Source: Blepharisma stoltei ATCC 30299
Taxonomy: Eukaryota > Protista > Ciliophora
Direction of reading: 5' to 3'
Assembly: GCA_965603825.1 (NCBI GenBank)
Contig: CBFDEM010000055.1
Coordinates: 1 to 64,000, forward strand
DNA: 64,000 nt
This document shows positions 23,664 to 37,338 of the stretch, piece after piece. The position numbers were made by a program, and so were the translations under genes. Every line of letters begins with the position of its first letter. Within the stretch, counting starts at the first letter, position 1. A model generated the notes under the pieces. That model had not been told where the DNA came from, made no database searches, and was given only the letters and a program-made list of their open reading frames with translations.

Positions 23664-26405
23664 ATGGACGAACCTGAATTAAGAAGACCAAAGCCTTATA
23701 AGATACTCGAACAAGTGATGGTAGAGTTGTCAAAACTTGACTATTTTAACTATTTCAGAATCCCATATGGCCGAAAGCCAATCCTTATCCCTGATTCTTT
23801 TACCGCAAATATAAACTCACGTTGCTACTTAGATTGCGCCAATACCAGCCCTTCTATTTCTATCGTCATCTCAAACAAAAAGTCAGACAAGCCTTACAAG
23901 AAGCTAAAATTAAGTTATGATGTCGACGATTTTCTTAGCATTAAGTCTTTTAAGCTAGAAGATGACCCAATTTATGTGTCTAATTATTTAGAGTATGAGG
24001 AATGCCATTTACAAAGTCTAGATGACCTTTATTTCAATGTTATCACAAATTGTTATTTTTCCATTTCTCAGCTGAAAAATGACTTCGTGAAACTAATGCT
24101 GAAAAAATTAAAATCAGCTAGGAATATAGGTGAGAAAAAGTATATTAATGAATTCTGAAACGAAGCAAGTATAAGGTTTAAAAGGTATGAAAAAGATTTA
24201 AAAATCCTTCTAAAAGATGAATGGAAAAGCTTAATTAGCGACAATCCCAACCCCAAAGTAACTGGAAACTGGCATCGGGCACCTTATAAAACTCGTGAAT
24301 ATAAAGAAATTTCTGATTATGAGCCTGTTGCTGGAGGCTCCACCACTGATAGGTTAAAAACTGACAAAAAGGGCTGCTGTAATGGGAAACATTGCTCATC
24401 CTTAGAAGCTTTAGGCCCATTTGACTTAGTCACCGGAACCTGGAAAACTTTAAACAAGGACCGGCTTGCCCGCACAGAATGTTCTGAGACCTGCCCATGC
24501 GTAAAAAATGGCATCTGCATGAACCGCCAAATTTCTGACCATCAAGAAAAGCAGCTCTGACTTGACGTCGTTGAAACCCCCACCTGGGGCTTTGACACCT
24601 ACACCTATCGCAACATTTTCGTCTATCTCCGGGTGCCATTTGACCCTTATTCCTATTGTTTCATTGACAAAGCTCTGCCAAAAGCTATCAATTCTGTAAA
24701 ATGAAACTCATGGGACATACGCGAAGCCTTAGATTTGATACTAAAAGACACCAGAGGAACTTTTAATTTACTAGACATGAAGTACGCGCATGGGCTTTTA
24801 AATGCAATAAATGCGTTAATTGGGGTTTATGGAGCTGATGCTGTGCTTAATGAATTTAAAATTCACCCAAAAGGCACTGGGGTGGTATGCATTAATAGAG
24901 CAGGGATCCCAGCCAATTCTTTAGTGGTAGAATACTCAGGGGAACTATATACGCCTGCATTGTGGTTTGAAAAACAGGACGCTTTAAAAAACGCGAATAA
25001 TACAATGAAAAGGAGGGCAAATGATGCTGGGGAGTGTTTACCGGATTTTTATAATATTATGATAGAGAGGCATATGGACGACCCTGCAGGGTATGATGTG
25101 ATGGTGGTTGATCCGATTTTGAAAGGAAAATATGGAAGCAGACTGAGCCATTCTTGTGCACCGAACTGTGGGACTGTAACTACAGTAGCTAACGGAAGAT
25201 ATACAATAGGGATGTATGCGCTTAAGCCAATTTCTTATTTAGAAGAGCTTACTTTTGATTATAACTCGTTCACGGAAAGCAGGGACGAGCATTTCAGCAG
25301 CATCTGCTTGTGTGGGAGCTCTTATTGCCGCCGGTATTATCTTTCTTTATCTAAAAACTCTACAAATTTCCACCCTTCCCATAATTTTGTCCATCGCATT
25401 GGGCTTATTTTGCGTTCCTGCTATACCCCGCGGTCAGATAAACATATAGAGATTTGCAATAAATTTTCAATTAAATCTGCATTGCTTGATGGCTGCCCTG
25501 ATTGGCTGGTCGTGTGAGTCGCTTTGGTGCTAGAAGTAGTCCAAGAAGAGCTGAATTCGAAGCCAAATGAAATTGAGAAAAAAATTGTCCTGGATTCCAG
25601 GATACAGAATTTGGCAATTACAATAGATAAAATAAAATATTGTATGAGCAATTCAAATGATCACCCTCCTATGCAGCTGCTAAGTAAAAAGGATGCATTA
25701 GATTATATATGAGGAAACGAAGAGTACTCAGTAAAACAAAGCTTGATGAAGCTGACCCACGAGTTTCCAGGTCTAAACAGCCTTTTAGGAAAAGCGAACT
25801 CATTAAATCAAGCTAGAAAACAGTTACTAAAAATCCGTGATCTCCTCAGAGCACATGCCCCAAGCCGCTGAATTGGCGCAGGGATTGCTGATATTCTCCA
25901 CCTTATCGCTTATACCCAGCTTTTCTTCAGAGACATCCCTTACGCTTCTTTTGAGTCGCAAGAAATCCACATCCGCCCAGGCGAAATTTCTCGAAATTCT
26001 AAATTTGACTCAGAAAAACTGACCAAAAAATATTCTCCATTGCATATCCAAGGGATTATGGCAGGCTGGTTCAAGCAATCTGTAGAGAAGCCACACGCGT
26101 CCCTTTCTGCTGACAAGCGAGGAGCAATTACACTGTCATCACTAGAAAGTTTGCCTGAAATGGAATATAATGAGGAGCTTAGGGGAAAATTAATAAAGCA
26201 TCTGCAAGAGAAGCCAGCGTCGCCGTGGCCTGCAAAACATAGTGAAAGATATCCGTGGGGGACTTTTGTGAATTCTGCAAGGGTGATGGGGTCTCCGATG
26301 TTTGATACGTTCCATAATGATGAAGAAGCTATAACTAGGTGCTTGAAATATTTAGATGTCCCGGCTGAGAGCTGTGATATCCCACCTTATTATGATCTTC
26401 CTTAA
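23664..26405 (+). CDS. ATXR3/SDG2-like SET-domain histone lysine methyltransferase, 913 aa
   Basis: Single frame with TGA=W. Motifs: WGFDTYTYRN, HPKGTGVVC, LPDFYNIMIERH..DPAGYDVMVVDP, SRLSHSCAPNC, EELTFDYNS, post-SET CLCGSSYCR, ADILHLIAYT. Confidence 0.9.
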
Positions 26406-26765
26406 GTTTTAAATATTAAGATGATTATTCTTTTAAGTTAGAAATTTTTAGCGATTTTTGATAAAGCAAGCCATTTTTTAATTAATTTACTATTATAAGA
26501 GGAGAAGAAATAATTTGGTATACAGAAAAGTGCCTGCTTAAGATAATAATCAATTATTAGTAACTTATAATAATTTTATATTAAAATTTCAATTTAATTT
26601 TTTAGTTTTTATTCAAATAATTAAGCACACCATGGAAAATTATTGACATAATATTTTTCACAAATCGCTTTCTTCTTCTTTTCAAATCCTGATGAGCTCA
26701 GTTATTTAATTTAAAAACATTCATCACAAAACCATGAAAATTGTTACGTCACTATAATATAAGAA

Positions 26766-28724
26766 ATGTCATTAGATGGCAAGATCCTTTCTTTCCTAAG
26801 AGCTCTTGTGTCTTCTCGTGAAAGAAAGGCTGCTACAACTGGCATTATAATAGGCATCCTTTACCTTTTGCATTGAAGCCAACAAAGGACTTCAGCAAAA
26901 ATTTCTCTTCAGAGGAGTAGAAAAGCGAATAAAGGCAGCGTTGACCTGGACTTTTTCAAGAGGACTGTGGAACTTCTGAAAATTGTTGTCCCAAGCTGAA
27001 AATCCTTAGAAATGCTTAACCTTGTATTGTTAAGCGGCTTGTTAGTTGCAAGAACGCTTCTCAGTATTTCTATTTCAAGTGTTAATGGGAGAATTGTTAA
27101 ATCAATCGTTACAAGAGACTTGAATTTGTTTATGAAGAGGGTATTTTTTATTTAGATCATTCAATTAGCTATGTTCGCCATCCCAGCCTCAATGGTAAAC
27201 AGTGGACTTGACTATTTAAGTCATAAGCTTGCAATACAGTTTAGAGCAAGAATGGCTTATTATTTCAACCAAAAATATTTGTCAGGGTTGATTTATTATC
27301 AAATGAGCAACCTAGATAACAGAATTGCAAACCCTGATCAAAGATTTACACAAGATATCGACAAATGGGCATCATGCCTCAGCAATCTTTATTCGAATAT
27401 TACTAAGCCATGCTTAGATATATTTTTATTCAGCAGAAAGCTATCTGATCTTGTAGGCGCTCAAGGCCCTATAATAATTATAGGCTGGTATTTCCTTTCA
27501 GGAATTATCATAAAATTCATTACCCCTCCTTTCGGACTTCTAACAGCCCAAGAGCAGCAAAATGAAGGCCTGTACAGAGCTTGCCAAAGTGATATCGTAA
27601 ATCATGCTGAAGAAATTGCATTTTACCGTGGAAATGACTGGGAAAAGCGAAGAATTAATGGGACTCTTGGCACCATTGTAAAGCATATCAACAATATTTT
27701 GGCCAAAAGGTTCTTTATGGGAACATTCGACAGCATGCTTGTGAAATATGGAGCGACTATGACAGCTTATGGAGTTCTCGGACTACCAGTTTTTGGGCCG
27801 AATAAAGAAAAATATTTCGCAAGGATAGGAAATGATCCGAGCTCTATTACAAGAGATTATATAAGAAATTCAAGCTTACTCATAAACTTGGCAAAAGCTA
27901 TAGGCAGACTTGTGGTTTCTTACAAAGACTTACAAGCATTAGCTGGTTACACAACCCTTATTCACGAAGCCAAAGTTGTCTTAGAAGACTTATCAAGAGG
28001 AAAGTATCAAAGGACTATGATAGAAGGATCTTCATATGACCAAAAATCACGAGGAAATTTTATAATTGCCGATTATATAAAATTCGAAAATGTCCCGGTT
28101 GTTTCACCAAATGGAGATCTTCTGATAGATAAGCTTTCTTTTACGATCAAACCTGGAATGCATACTTTTATCCAAGGCCCAAATGGCTGCGGAAAATCTT
28201 CACTTTTTAGAATCTTAGGTGAGCTATGGCCACTTTTTGCTGGAACAGTGTATAAGCCGCCTATGGAACAGCTGTTTTATATTCCTCAGAGACCATATTT
28301 GCCTCATGGCAGCTTAAGAGAGCAGATAATTTATCCACATTCTAAGGAGCAAATGGAAAAGTCAGGTATTTCAGATGCCCATTTAGAAAATTTGATGAGA
28401 ATTGTAAGGCTTGAAGACATCATTGAAAAAAGAGGAGGATTTGACCAAATAGAAGACTGGAATGATACCTTAAGCGGAGGTCAAAAGCAAAAAATCGCTA
28501 TGTGCAGACTGTTATATCATAAGCCTAAATTTGCGATCCTTGATGAATGCACTAGTGCTGTCAGTATAGATGTAGAAGGAAGCATTTACCAGCATTATAA
28601 AGATAATGGGATTACTTTGATTACTGTGTCACATAGAGAAAGTTTATTGAAGTACCATAATCACGTATTGAAATTCGATGGAGAAGGTGGATGGAATTTC
28701 TATACAATTTTAGCTGATTCTTAG
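26766..28724 (+). CDS. Peroxisomal ABCD-family half transporter, 647 aa; intron at 27141-27155
   Basis: NPDQRFTQD, AEEIAFYRG (EAA motif), Walker A GPNGCGKS, LSGGQ, ILDECTSAV. The N-terminus extends through two TGA codons and a 15-nt intron. Confidence 0.95.
27141..27155 (+). other. 15-nt intron (ABCD)
   Basis: GTATTTTTTATTTAG; splicing removes an in-frame TAG. Confidence 0.92.
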
Positions 28725-28783
28725 ATAATTTAATTTAAAACTTATTAAAAAGTATTTAAAATTAAAAATAACCTTAATGTACA

Positions 28784-31700
28784 TTAAACCTCAAATTGGT
28801 CGTTGCATAGGTATGAATAATGCTGCTGCAGCGCATCAAGCAGCTCTTGGTAGTTATCTTCTTTATAATGAGTGACAAACATTGAGTAATACCTAATCTG
28901 CGGAATCCTCGTCTTTACCAAGCATCTTTCAGGTTTTTTCAAAAATGCCAAGGTATCAGTTGACGTTTGAATCATGTCATTAAAAATATCTTCGAGTTCT
29001 TCTAGTGTTAATAATCTCCTATCCTCAATCGATTTTCTGCCTAAATTTCTGCTTTGTGGAGTTTTTTTCTTGATCAGTACATCTTTGGATACCCAGCAGT
29101 CAATTTTTCGCTCGACTTTTCATTCTAATTTTTGGGGTTTAATGCTTTGAGATTTTCGCTTGAGGAAAGTTTTAGCTCGAGCTTCTTCTTGACGCTTTTC
29201 TTCTTGTTGAGAAGGCTCGTTTAGAGGATGCTGCTTTGGCTCACAAATTTCTTTTTGCTGCTCATTTTCTTCAGATTTTTTTATGTCAAGTTTTAGCTCA
29301 AACCTTGGAGTTTTTTCTTCAGATCGGGCCGCGAATGATTTTTTGGGCGTTTTGTCTCCAATTTTCGGAGTTTTTTCTTCATTTCTGGATACCTTTTCTT
29401 CAGTTCTAGCTGTTTTTTCTTCATTTCTGGCTGTTTTTTCATCAACCTTAGCTATCTTTTCTTCATTTCTTGCTGTTTTTTCTTCGCCTACAACTTTATC
29501 TTCATTTATTGTTTGTTCTTCAGTATTACTTTCAGATGATTTATTTGGCTTAGGAGCATATGAATTTCTAGTCCCTCTCTTTAAAAAATTAGAAAATTTT
29601 TTCTGAGGAGCTTTAGCCTGCTGCACTGGTATTTCTTCCAGTGCTTCCATAAATGTATTTTGCATAGGTTTTATTGGCAAGTCCTCAAAATTTTTTACTT
29701 TTAGTGGCATCTCGTCATAATTTCTTGCTCTTATTGGGATATCATCATAGTTTTTGTTATTTGGGCTTAGAAATGGAGAATTTCTATATGATTCTCTTTT
29801 TGGTGTCAAATTTACTAGACTGTCATGGAAACTTCTGGGTGACGTCAGAGTTGAGTTAATTTGAGTCCTTTTCATCCCAACCCATTCTCCAGTCCAAAAC
29901 AATGACTTAAAATCCTGCATAAATCTATGTCTCAGTGTCGGCAATTGATTTGAAATTTGGCTTAATAATAGATTGTTTTCTTTAGAGCTCAATAAATCTT
30001 TTTGCAAAGCTAAAGCATCATGAATCCCTGTTTTATGATTTTTTATCATTTTTAACTTGAGGATTTCCCTGGTTTTCCAGCCTAAAACGAGACTTTTTAT
30101 TTTATTTATTGATGATTTTCTTTTTCTAAGAATCTCTCCAAATTTTGCTCTGATTTTGTACCCTTTCCAGTTTCTCTGAATAAAAATTGCTGAATAATTT
30201 ACAAATGATTGTCTTAGTTTTTCTTTTTCAGCTTTTATTTTGGAATTTCATTTTTTTAAAGCTCTTAATATTTTATGGCCATTTCATGAAAACCTTATAG
30301 CCAGCAGCGCATTTCTTAGTCTGATTTCTCTTTGATATTCTAATAAATACCTAAAAGAAGCAGCAATTCTTCTCCTTGTAAGCCAGCCTCTTACCAGAGC
30401 TTGGATTTTTATTGATGAAAACTCCTTGTCTGTTGGCCTTAAAACAGGTGTTTTTGGTGTAATTTTAATTTTGATTTCTTCTTCGTCCTTATCAAAAATT
30501 GGGTCAGAGAATGAAACTTGTGAAGAAGTGTTAGAAAACTCGCTTTGAGGTGTCAGCGGGGCTTCTGAATTTTGTGATTTTTCGATGATTGGAGGCTCGT
30601 CGTGAAAATCAATAGAATAAGAAGAATCAAGAAATGGAGAATAGCGGTTTTGTGATGGTAAAAGGCCTGGAACTGGAGTTACTGCACTGAAAAATTGGGA
30701 AAGGTCAGATTGAACTTCTATTGTGGATAACAAATTTTGATGGTCTGGGTATATAGAAATTGGCTCTGTTTGTAAAGCTTGACTGGTTAGGATTTTAATA
30801 TTTTTTTCTGAAATTTCGGTGCTGATTTCACGAGTGAAAATTTGTTTTTTATCTGATTTGGGGATGGGTGGACAGCTCATAGGTTTTATGTCGAGTACAG
30901 GCTGAATGATAGGTTTTCCTTCAAAAATCCAGTATTCTTTGGTTTCTACTTTTATTTCCTTATTACGCATTGCTATTGAAGGTCTTATTCTAGACTCCAA
31001 AATATTCACAATTGGCTTATAAAACAGTCCAAATTCTACATATTCGTCAATCCACAATTCTGCATGAGAATTATTCATCCCCAACAGTGAATTTTCCATC
31101 CCTAGCTGTAAATTCTCTATCTGTGAATTATCCATCTCTATCTGCGAGTCATCCATCTCTATTTGCGAATTATACCCCTCCATCTGTGAATTATTCATTC
31201 CTATCTGTGAGCTATCAAGCTCTTTTGGATACTCCAAATCCTCTTCTTGAAAAAAACTTTCATCAATCCTCATAAGTGGTGTCGTCATATACCTAATTTC
31301 CTTCTCTTTGCTTATATCCCAGTCTTCTTCCACAAAATTCATGACCTTTTGCACCATTATTTTACTTTCCGCTTTGGCATAATGCTCTTCAGTCCGAAAT
31401 CGCAATTTTTCTTCAGCGTAATAACTTGTTATATTTTTATTACAAAAATACGGCTCTACACTAAATTTTTCAAAAATTTCATATTGGGTTCATGATAAAA
31501 TTTCTATTTGGATTCTATTAGGATTTTTTTCTGTAAGGACTGAAGCTTCTTTTTTAAATGCTGCTAAGTCTGCTTCGATTTTTTCTAAGCTATTAGCAAT
31601 TCTTACTTCAAACACACTCTTTGATTCTTCATTTTCAATTTCTGTTAAGGGGTAATTTGAATCTGGATCTGACTTCTCAGTAACAGTTTGTGACTTTGCT

Positions 31701-31945
31701 CTATGAGTAAGTCGTTGTAAGCCTAAGTCCGAGCTAGAATTACTTTTGTTAATTCCAGTAAAAGTTGAGTGGAATTTTACATATTGTTCTAATATGATAT
31801 CTTTAGATGATGGGGTGGCTGATCCATTGCCTGCTTTTTGACGAAACTCAGCTCTTCGACGAGATTGCAAAATGGGGCGGATTTGTTTCCTTGTGTCTTG
31901 AAGCTTTGAGAGGTAGCTTGCATAGCTTCGAAGTGGAGTTGACAT
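28784..31945 (-). CDS. Large IQ-motif, low-complexity protein, 1053 aa
   Basis: Four track ORFs lie in one frame, linked by TGA=W. IQ motifs: IQALVRGWLTR, IQRNWKGYKIR. 7-aa repeats (SQIEMDx at ~31070-31210; EEKTARN at ~29365-29490). Confidence 0.85.
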
Positions 31946-32119
31946 TTTTAGATTAAAATGCTGATGAATTATTTTTCAAAGGCTCTCAAAATAATTAATT
32001 TAAGTAATTATCCTATATAAAGAATTTCTTTTGCTAATTCTCTTTTAGTATGAATTCTTTAGCTCATTATATTATAAAAAAATTATAAAGACTATTTTTT
32101 ATTACACAAATAAAATTTT

Positions 32120-32575
32120 ATGAGACTTATTTCAAGAACCTTTAGTACTCATCCTTTTAAGATCCTTGGAATTCAACAAATTGCGCTTGGCCACTTAGAT
32201 AAAGTTGTTTTAAGAAAATTTTGGTGCATTATACTTGGAATTCCTAGGGTAGGGAGCTACTATAGTAAATTTGACAATGTTAATCAAGATATTTTGAGGA
32301 TCGGAGAAGGAGAAAACGCTGTAGAGCTACACCTAATGCAGCCAGTTGACCCTCGAAGCTATCCTAATATCCAGGATAATGCTTTTCACCATTTCGCATT
32401 ATGGGTTGACAATCTGGAAGAGTGCTATCAATATTTGGAAGGCCAAGGATCACAAATGACACCAGGAGGAATAAGGAAAAATACATCAGGTTTAGGTGTA
32501 ATCTTTGCTAATCCTAAAGTGACAGGAGGTATTTTGCTTGAGCTTGTCCAGCATCCTGATTATCTTAAAAAATAA
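32120..32575 (+). CDS. VOC/glyoxalase-family protein, methylmalonyl-CoA epimerase-like
   Basis: FKILGIQQIALG, ELHLMQP, HHFALWVDNL, TGGILLELVQ; the N-terminus resembles a mitochondrial presequence. Confidence 0.85.
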   Translation: MRLISRTFSTHPFKILGIQQIALGHLDKVVLRKFWCIILGIPRVGSYYSKFDNVNQDILRIGEGENAVELHLMQPVDPRSYPNIQDNAFHHFALWVDNLEECYQYLEGQGSQMTPGGIRKNTSGLGVIFANPKVTGGILLELVQHPDYLKK

Positions 32576-32828
32576 ATTTTCTATTGAAAAATAATGTAAA
32601 ACTTAAAAATCGAAATTTTTACTTCTTTATAATGAAAAAGACGTTTTTTAAATAATAAAAATTTTTATATATTAAATTAATAGCGACTTTTGCTTTGTAA
32701 AATATTAAGAATCCTGCTATAGTGCCCATAAAGTCCAAGCTTTAAATAGTAGCTTGAGCATGATGCTTATCCAAAAATGATTAGGTTAGATTCTTACATT
32801 GAATTAAAAAATAAAGACTTACTCCCTT

Positions 32829-33677
32829 TTATGGCTCGCTATCTGGTGATATCATATTATCTGGCCATCCCTCCATTTCCTGGTCTCTATTCAATTTTTC
32901 ACTAACCCTTCTTTTTGATTTTTTCCTTACTCTCATAAAGCTAGGGATATATTCTACACATCTTGATGAGTGAGTGCTTTTGCTTGAAGGAGTATTTGGC
33001 CTTGTTGATCTCCCTCCAGATCTAGATCTGGGGGTATTCGATCTCGACTTTCTTTTTTTAGGTGTCCTCTGATAAGCTCTTCCGCCTATAGCAGAATTAG
33101 ATCTAGACGAATTAAGCCTCGAGCTGCTCAGGAACTGGTCTTCCACCACAAAATTTAAATTCAGCTCTTTAACTGCATTCGCAATCACTTTTTGTATTAT
33201 CTGTACATTATTAGTCTTGTATATATTTTCAATCAAATTTTCACAATAATTGAATTTTTTGCTTAATTCTTCATTTTCTGCTACAACTTGTTCAATCTGA
33301 GGCTCAATTTGTAGCCTCATATGCTGCTCGTCTTCTAATTGGGTTTCTAGCTTAGGGATGACTTCTCTTCTTAAATGCAAATTTTCTTTTTTGAGGATTT
33401 TGTATTCTTCTTTGAGGTCTTCTATTTCTTCGTTTTCGTCAAGTGCTTTGGATTCGTATTTTATTAAAATTTTTTTCATTTCTTTGTATTTCTCTTGTAA
33501 AAGTTCTTTATCGTTTTCAAGCTCAGTGATTTTTACCTCCATTTCGCTTAATTTGTCAATATAAAAGTGGTTTTTACGGAGGAGGGCGTCTCTCTCAAGT
33601 TTAAGCTGCTTGTATTCTAGGTAGTCTCTGTAGGAAGATTGTGTAAGATATGACTCTTCTGTAGGATTTTCAGACAT
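32829..33677 (-). CDS. Coiled-coil protein with basic S/R-rich tail, 282 aa
   Basis: Intact ORF with E/K-rich heptads; no recognised domain. Confidence 0.8.
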   Translation of the reverse strand: MSENPTEESYLTQSSYRDYLEYKQLKLERDALLRKNHFYIDKLSEMEVKITELENDKELLQEKYKEMKKILIKYESKALDENEEIEDLKEEYKILKKENLHLRREVIPKLETQLEDEQHMRLQIEPQIEQVVAENEELSKKFNYCENLIENIYKTNNVQIIQKVIANAVKELNLNFVVEDQFLSSSRLNSSRSNSAIGGRAYQRTPKKRKSRSNTPRSRSGGRSTRPNTPSSKSTHSSRCVEYIPSFMRVRKKSKRRVSEKLNRDQEMEGWPDNMISPDSEP

Positions 33678-33852
33678 TTTGGTGATTGAGATTTATAGTC
33701 ATATGGGTGTATTTAAATTTAGTGAATTATTTTACAGCTATTCTATGCTTAGAATTTACTTTATATTAGAAAATTTGCAATTATTTACAATTTTTAAGAT
33801 AAATCATTAGAAAATAATGACTTTTGATAGTTATAATAAATCAACCATAGAA

Positions 33853-35763
33853 TTAATTATTCACATCCGCTATTTCATATCCTTGCATTTCTGCCATCTG
33901 TTTTCTAAGCTCCTGGATTTCTTTTTCTTTTTTATCTATAAGTGCTTTATATAGCTGCATTCCTTCGCATGCAGATCTCATCAATACTTCTTTATGATCT
34001 TGTGGTCCTAGCAGTTTAACGACAGGATAATAAAAATCTGCATGCCACTTCGAAAAAATATCATGTCAAATTTGGAACCTCCTCTGTGAAGCCACTGGCG
34101 ATAAAATATCTTCTTGTCCCTGGACATAAAATGAATTTGTATATTTATCTAAATTTTCAAATACATAAGTCCATACTGAGGACGTATTGTTAATGACTCC
34201 AAATTCTTTTCTCTCCTTCATATTGTTACACATAAAAGTCCCAAATCTTCCTGAGTAAGAAAAATATGTAAGATCGTGCAGCAATAATGAGTTAAATTCA
34301 AAATGTGTAGGAAACTGCACAGTTAATTGATAAACACAGTCTAAAAATTGAATAAAAATGGGCGATCTTTTATCATCATTTTGATTTTCTGAAGCATGGC
34401 CGAGTCTAATTTCAAATTGATGACCAAAGCTTACCCAGTCTTTTTCTATTAGCTGCGCAAATCCTCTGAGGCTTCTATAATGAGCTTCTAATATAAGTTG
34501 CGAAAGCGAACAAAGCTGAGATGTCCTGTCTCATCCGTCACTACAATGAACTAGCACAGAAATCCCTGAGTTCAAGCTTTCTGTAATAGAAACGGCCCCT
34601 TGTAAAATCGATGACAAATGATCAAGCCATTCAGATTTCTCTATAGAGCTAAAATATTTGCTAGGTGGAGAGTTATAAGTGTAGTTAAACATATTAAACC
34701 AACTTTCTCTGACTGCATGAATATTTTCAATATTTAAAAAATGAAGCTCAGAGTTTTCATAATAAGCTGTATTTTCAACACCACCACCTATGGCTCGTTG
34801 GGCGTGGGCGTTAATAAAAGGTCTAGCGTCAAAAATATGCAACTTTGGCTCTCTATGAGAAGTTTTTGCAATATAATTTAAATAAACTTCATCTTCAATA
34901 CACCTTGAAGTCCTAATACCAGTTTTAGGTTGGCTTGATCTTCATAAAGTAGCTTTTCTTCTTTTATTTAGCCAAACTAGTACTGGAAACCTGCTTTTGC
35001 TTCGAAATTTTGCTGAAGCTTTTATATCGGTGATTAATAATTCTTTTGGCACAACAAGAATTTCAGGGTAACTTTTGCAAAATTCTCAGTTTGAGTTGTC
35101 AAGAAATGTCCATTTTGAGCCTGGAATATCAGCGACGCCAAGTCTCCCATAATCTGAATGAGGATTATATAATTTCCATCCATCGATTTGTCCGAAAAAC
35201 CTATGAAAGAATGCAAATCTATTGGTAACTCCATTAGAAAAGATATAAGATGATAGTGTTTCATACACATTGTACTCAAATTGAGCATTTTTATTTATAT
35301 CAACCCGCAATGAACGTCCATCTTTGGTAAAAATCTCAAAGCGACTGTAAACTTTATCGAAAGACATGTCGAATTTTTCAATCATCATTAGCGGGATATC
35401 AAAAAATTCTGGTCTGATTTTATTTTCATAGCAAAAGTGAATATTATCAGGCTCTAACGAAATCTAAATAGAAAATACTCTATAATTCGTCGCACAGAAC
35501 TGTGCTGAAATCCCTGACTGAGGAGTTAAATAAATAAAGCTTGGGATAGCTTCAATAGCCTTTTTGTTTTGTACTATAACGAATCGTTCGCCAGATAATA
35601 ATTTTAGGTTGGATTGCTGAGATGATGCTTGATTTTCTAAAAAACTCTCTGAAATTGAGAACTGAGCAATATTGATAGATTCTGAAGAATCTGAAGAGAC
35701 AGAAACAACAGCTCTCAAAGGGTCAGCGTCAGCAGATTCTATATTCAATAGCCCAGATCTCAT
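33853..35763 (-). CDS. Myotubularin phosphoinositide 3-phosphatase, 631 aa; intron at 35464-35478
   Basis: FRSKSRFPVL, RSSQP, IFDARP, IENIHAVRES, catalytic VHCSDG(TGA=W)DRT, QFPTHFEFN, GTFMCN, and a C-terminal coiled coil. Confidence 0.95.
35464..35478 (-). other. 15-nt intron (myotubularin)
   Basis: GTATTTTCTATTTAG; splicing removes an in-frame TAG. Confidence 0.92.
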
Positions 35764-36609
35764 TTTTGTCAACTGGGTACTTAGTTTTATGATAAAGAAA
35801 ATTAAATATGAAGGAGTAAAGTATAGGAAAAAAACTTATTAATTAAGCTTTATAATATTTAAAGAATGATTAATATAATAAATTCAACTTGTCAACAAAA
35901 TTTGGGATTATTTTACTTGCTAATAGGGAAAAAATGTATTTGAATCTCAATTTTCTTTTTAAATTTTTATGGATATTTGAACCACTAGGCACATCGCGTT
36001 TCAGCAAGTAGTAAGAAAATATGAAAAATTATAAATTTGACTGAATATGGTGAGAATTAAAGAATTTCTTGGACTTTAAATTTGTAAAAATCAGATTTAC
36101 TAAAATAATCATTATTTTTATGTGTACATTAAATTTGTAAAATTTGAAAGATCTTTTATTTAACTGCGACAATAGGCTTAATTAAGCAATAATATTTAAA
36201 AATTTCAAATTAAATCCATAGCTGAGTCTTTCAGATATTAAAACTTAATTATATTATGATTATTATGGCACCATATTTATAATTTTATTATGCTTATGCT
36301 GTTGAGTTAAAAGGCTCTTTATTTTATAAAAATAATGAAGCGAGTAAACAAGTTATTATAAGTATATTTATATATAACTAAAATATAGCTTAATCACTGG
36401 TTTTGCTGCTAAATAAACTGTAATTAAACTTATTTGGGATTAAAAATTTCCCACGAAAAAAAGTTTCAAACTTGCCTTTGTTTTCTTAGTAAGCTTGAAA
36501 TTTCATTCCACTATTTTTATATATGTCAGTAGCCTTGCCCATAAAGTTCATAAGTGGGTTTCGTTGCCTAAGAAAACAAAAAATTAATCATGGCTTATAT
36601 AAAATTAAA

Positions 36610-36939
36610 ATGTCAGAGCTTATTCAAACAAATCTTCTCTCAAGAGCTGAAAAAGACCCTTCAATAATTTCTCCAAAGCCAAAAAGATTGTCAATGGTTC
36701 CTTCCCAGTCCACTATCAGCAACCCATTTATTTCCTTGCTGGAAAATCAATGCCAAAACGAAGAGGATTCAATTTTGAATGAATTGCAGTTTATTCTTAC
36801 ACAGCCTGAAGCACCAAAGCTTAAATGGCCTACCACAGTGAAGTCTCCTGCATTTTGCAGAGCACAACGGCCAATGTCACGTCATACAAGTAATCCAATA
36901 ATCAACGACGCTTTATTCCAAGAATTAAACTGTTCTTAG
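36610..36939 (+). CDS. Small hypothetical protein (about 109 aa)
   Basis: Coding-like composition from ATG 36610, which follows an AT-rich leader. C-terminus is RHTSNPIINDALF. An upstream ATG at 36523 is also possible. Confidence 0.65.
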   Translation: MSELIQTNLLSRAEKDPSIISPKPKRLSMVPSQSTISNPFISLLENQCQNEEDSILNELQFILTQPEAPKLKWPTTVKSPAFCRAQRPMSRHTSNPIINDALFQELNCS

Positions 36940-37338
36940 ACATAGAGCAAAATATGTTTATACTTAATTAAAATTTTCAATTTATATTATAACTCTGTAG
37001 GCTCTTAAGCAGAAGTTTCGTTGGAGAGAATCTAGCTATTTTATTGGAAAATGGTGGAAGCAATAAAAAAGTATTCTTAAAAATAATGTGAAGGGATTTT
37101 GATATTAATTAAATGTGAGCAAATTTTGAGAAATTCAGGTCTTAAATATCGTGATTCTAGAAATAAAAGTTACGATTTTTCTTATCTGATAAAAATGAAG
37201 AATTTATTCTTATTTTTTATTATTTGAAAAACCGTTCAAAAAATGTATACTGAATACCATTTTTCCTAATTGTTTTTTATTTAATTTTTTCTTGCTACTT
37301 TTACTTCTACTTATAAATATCTATATGAAATTATTTCC

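Noticed and set aside
29365-31210. 21-bp periodic repeats as a CRISPR-like or regulatory array
   Set aside because: They are degenerate in-frame heptapeptide repeats inside a CDS, with no spacers, in a eukaryotic context.
34531-34533. In-frame TGA as selenocysteine
   Set aside because: It aligns to the invariant Trp of CSDGWDR, and TGA is frequent in unrelated non-redox proteins.
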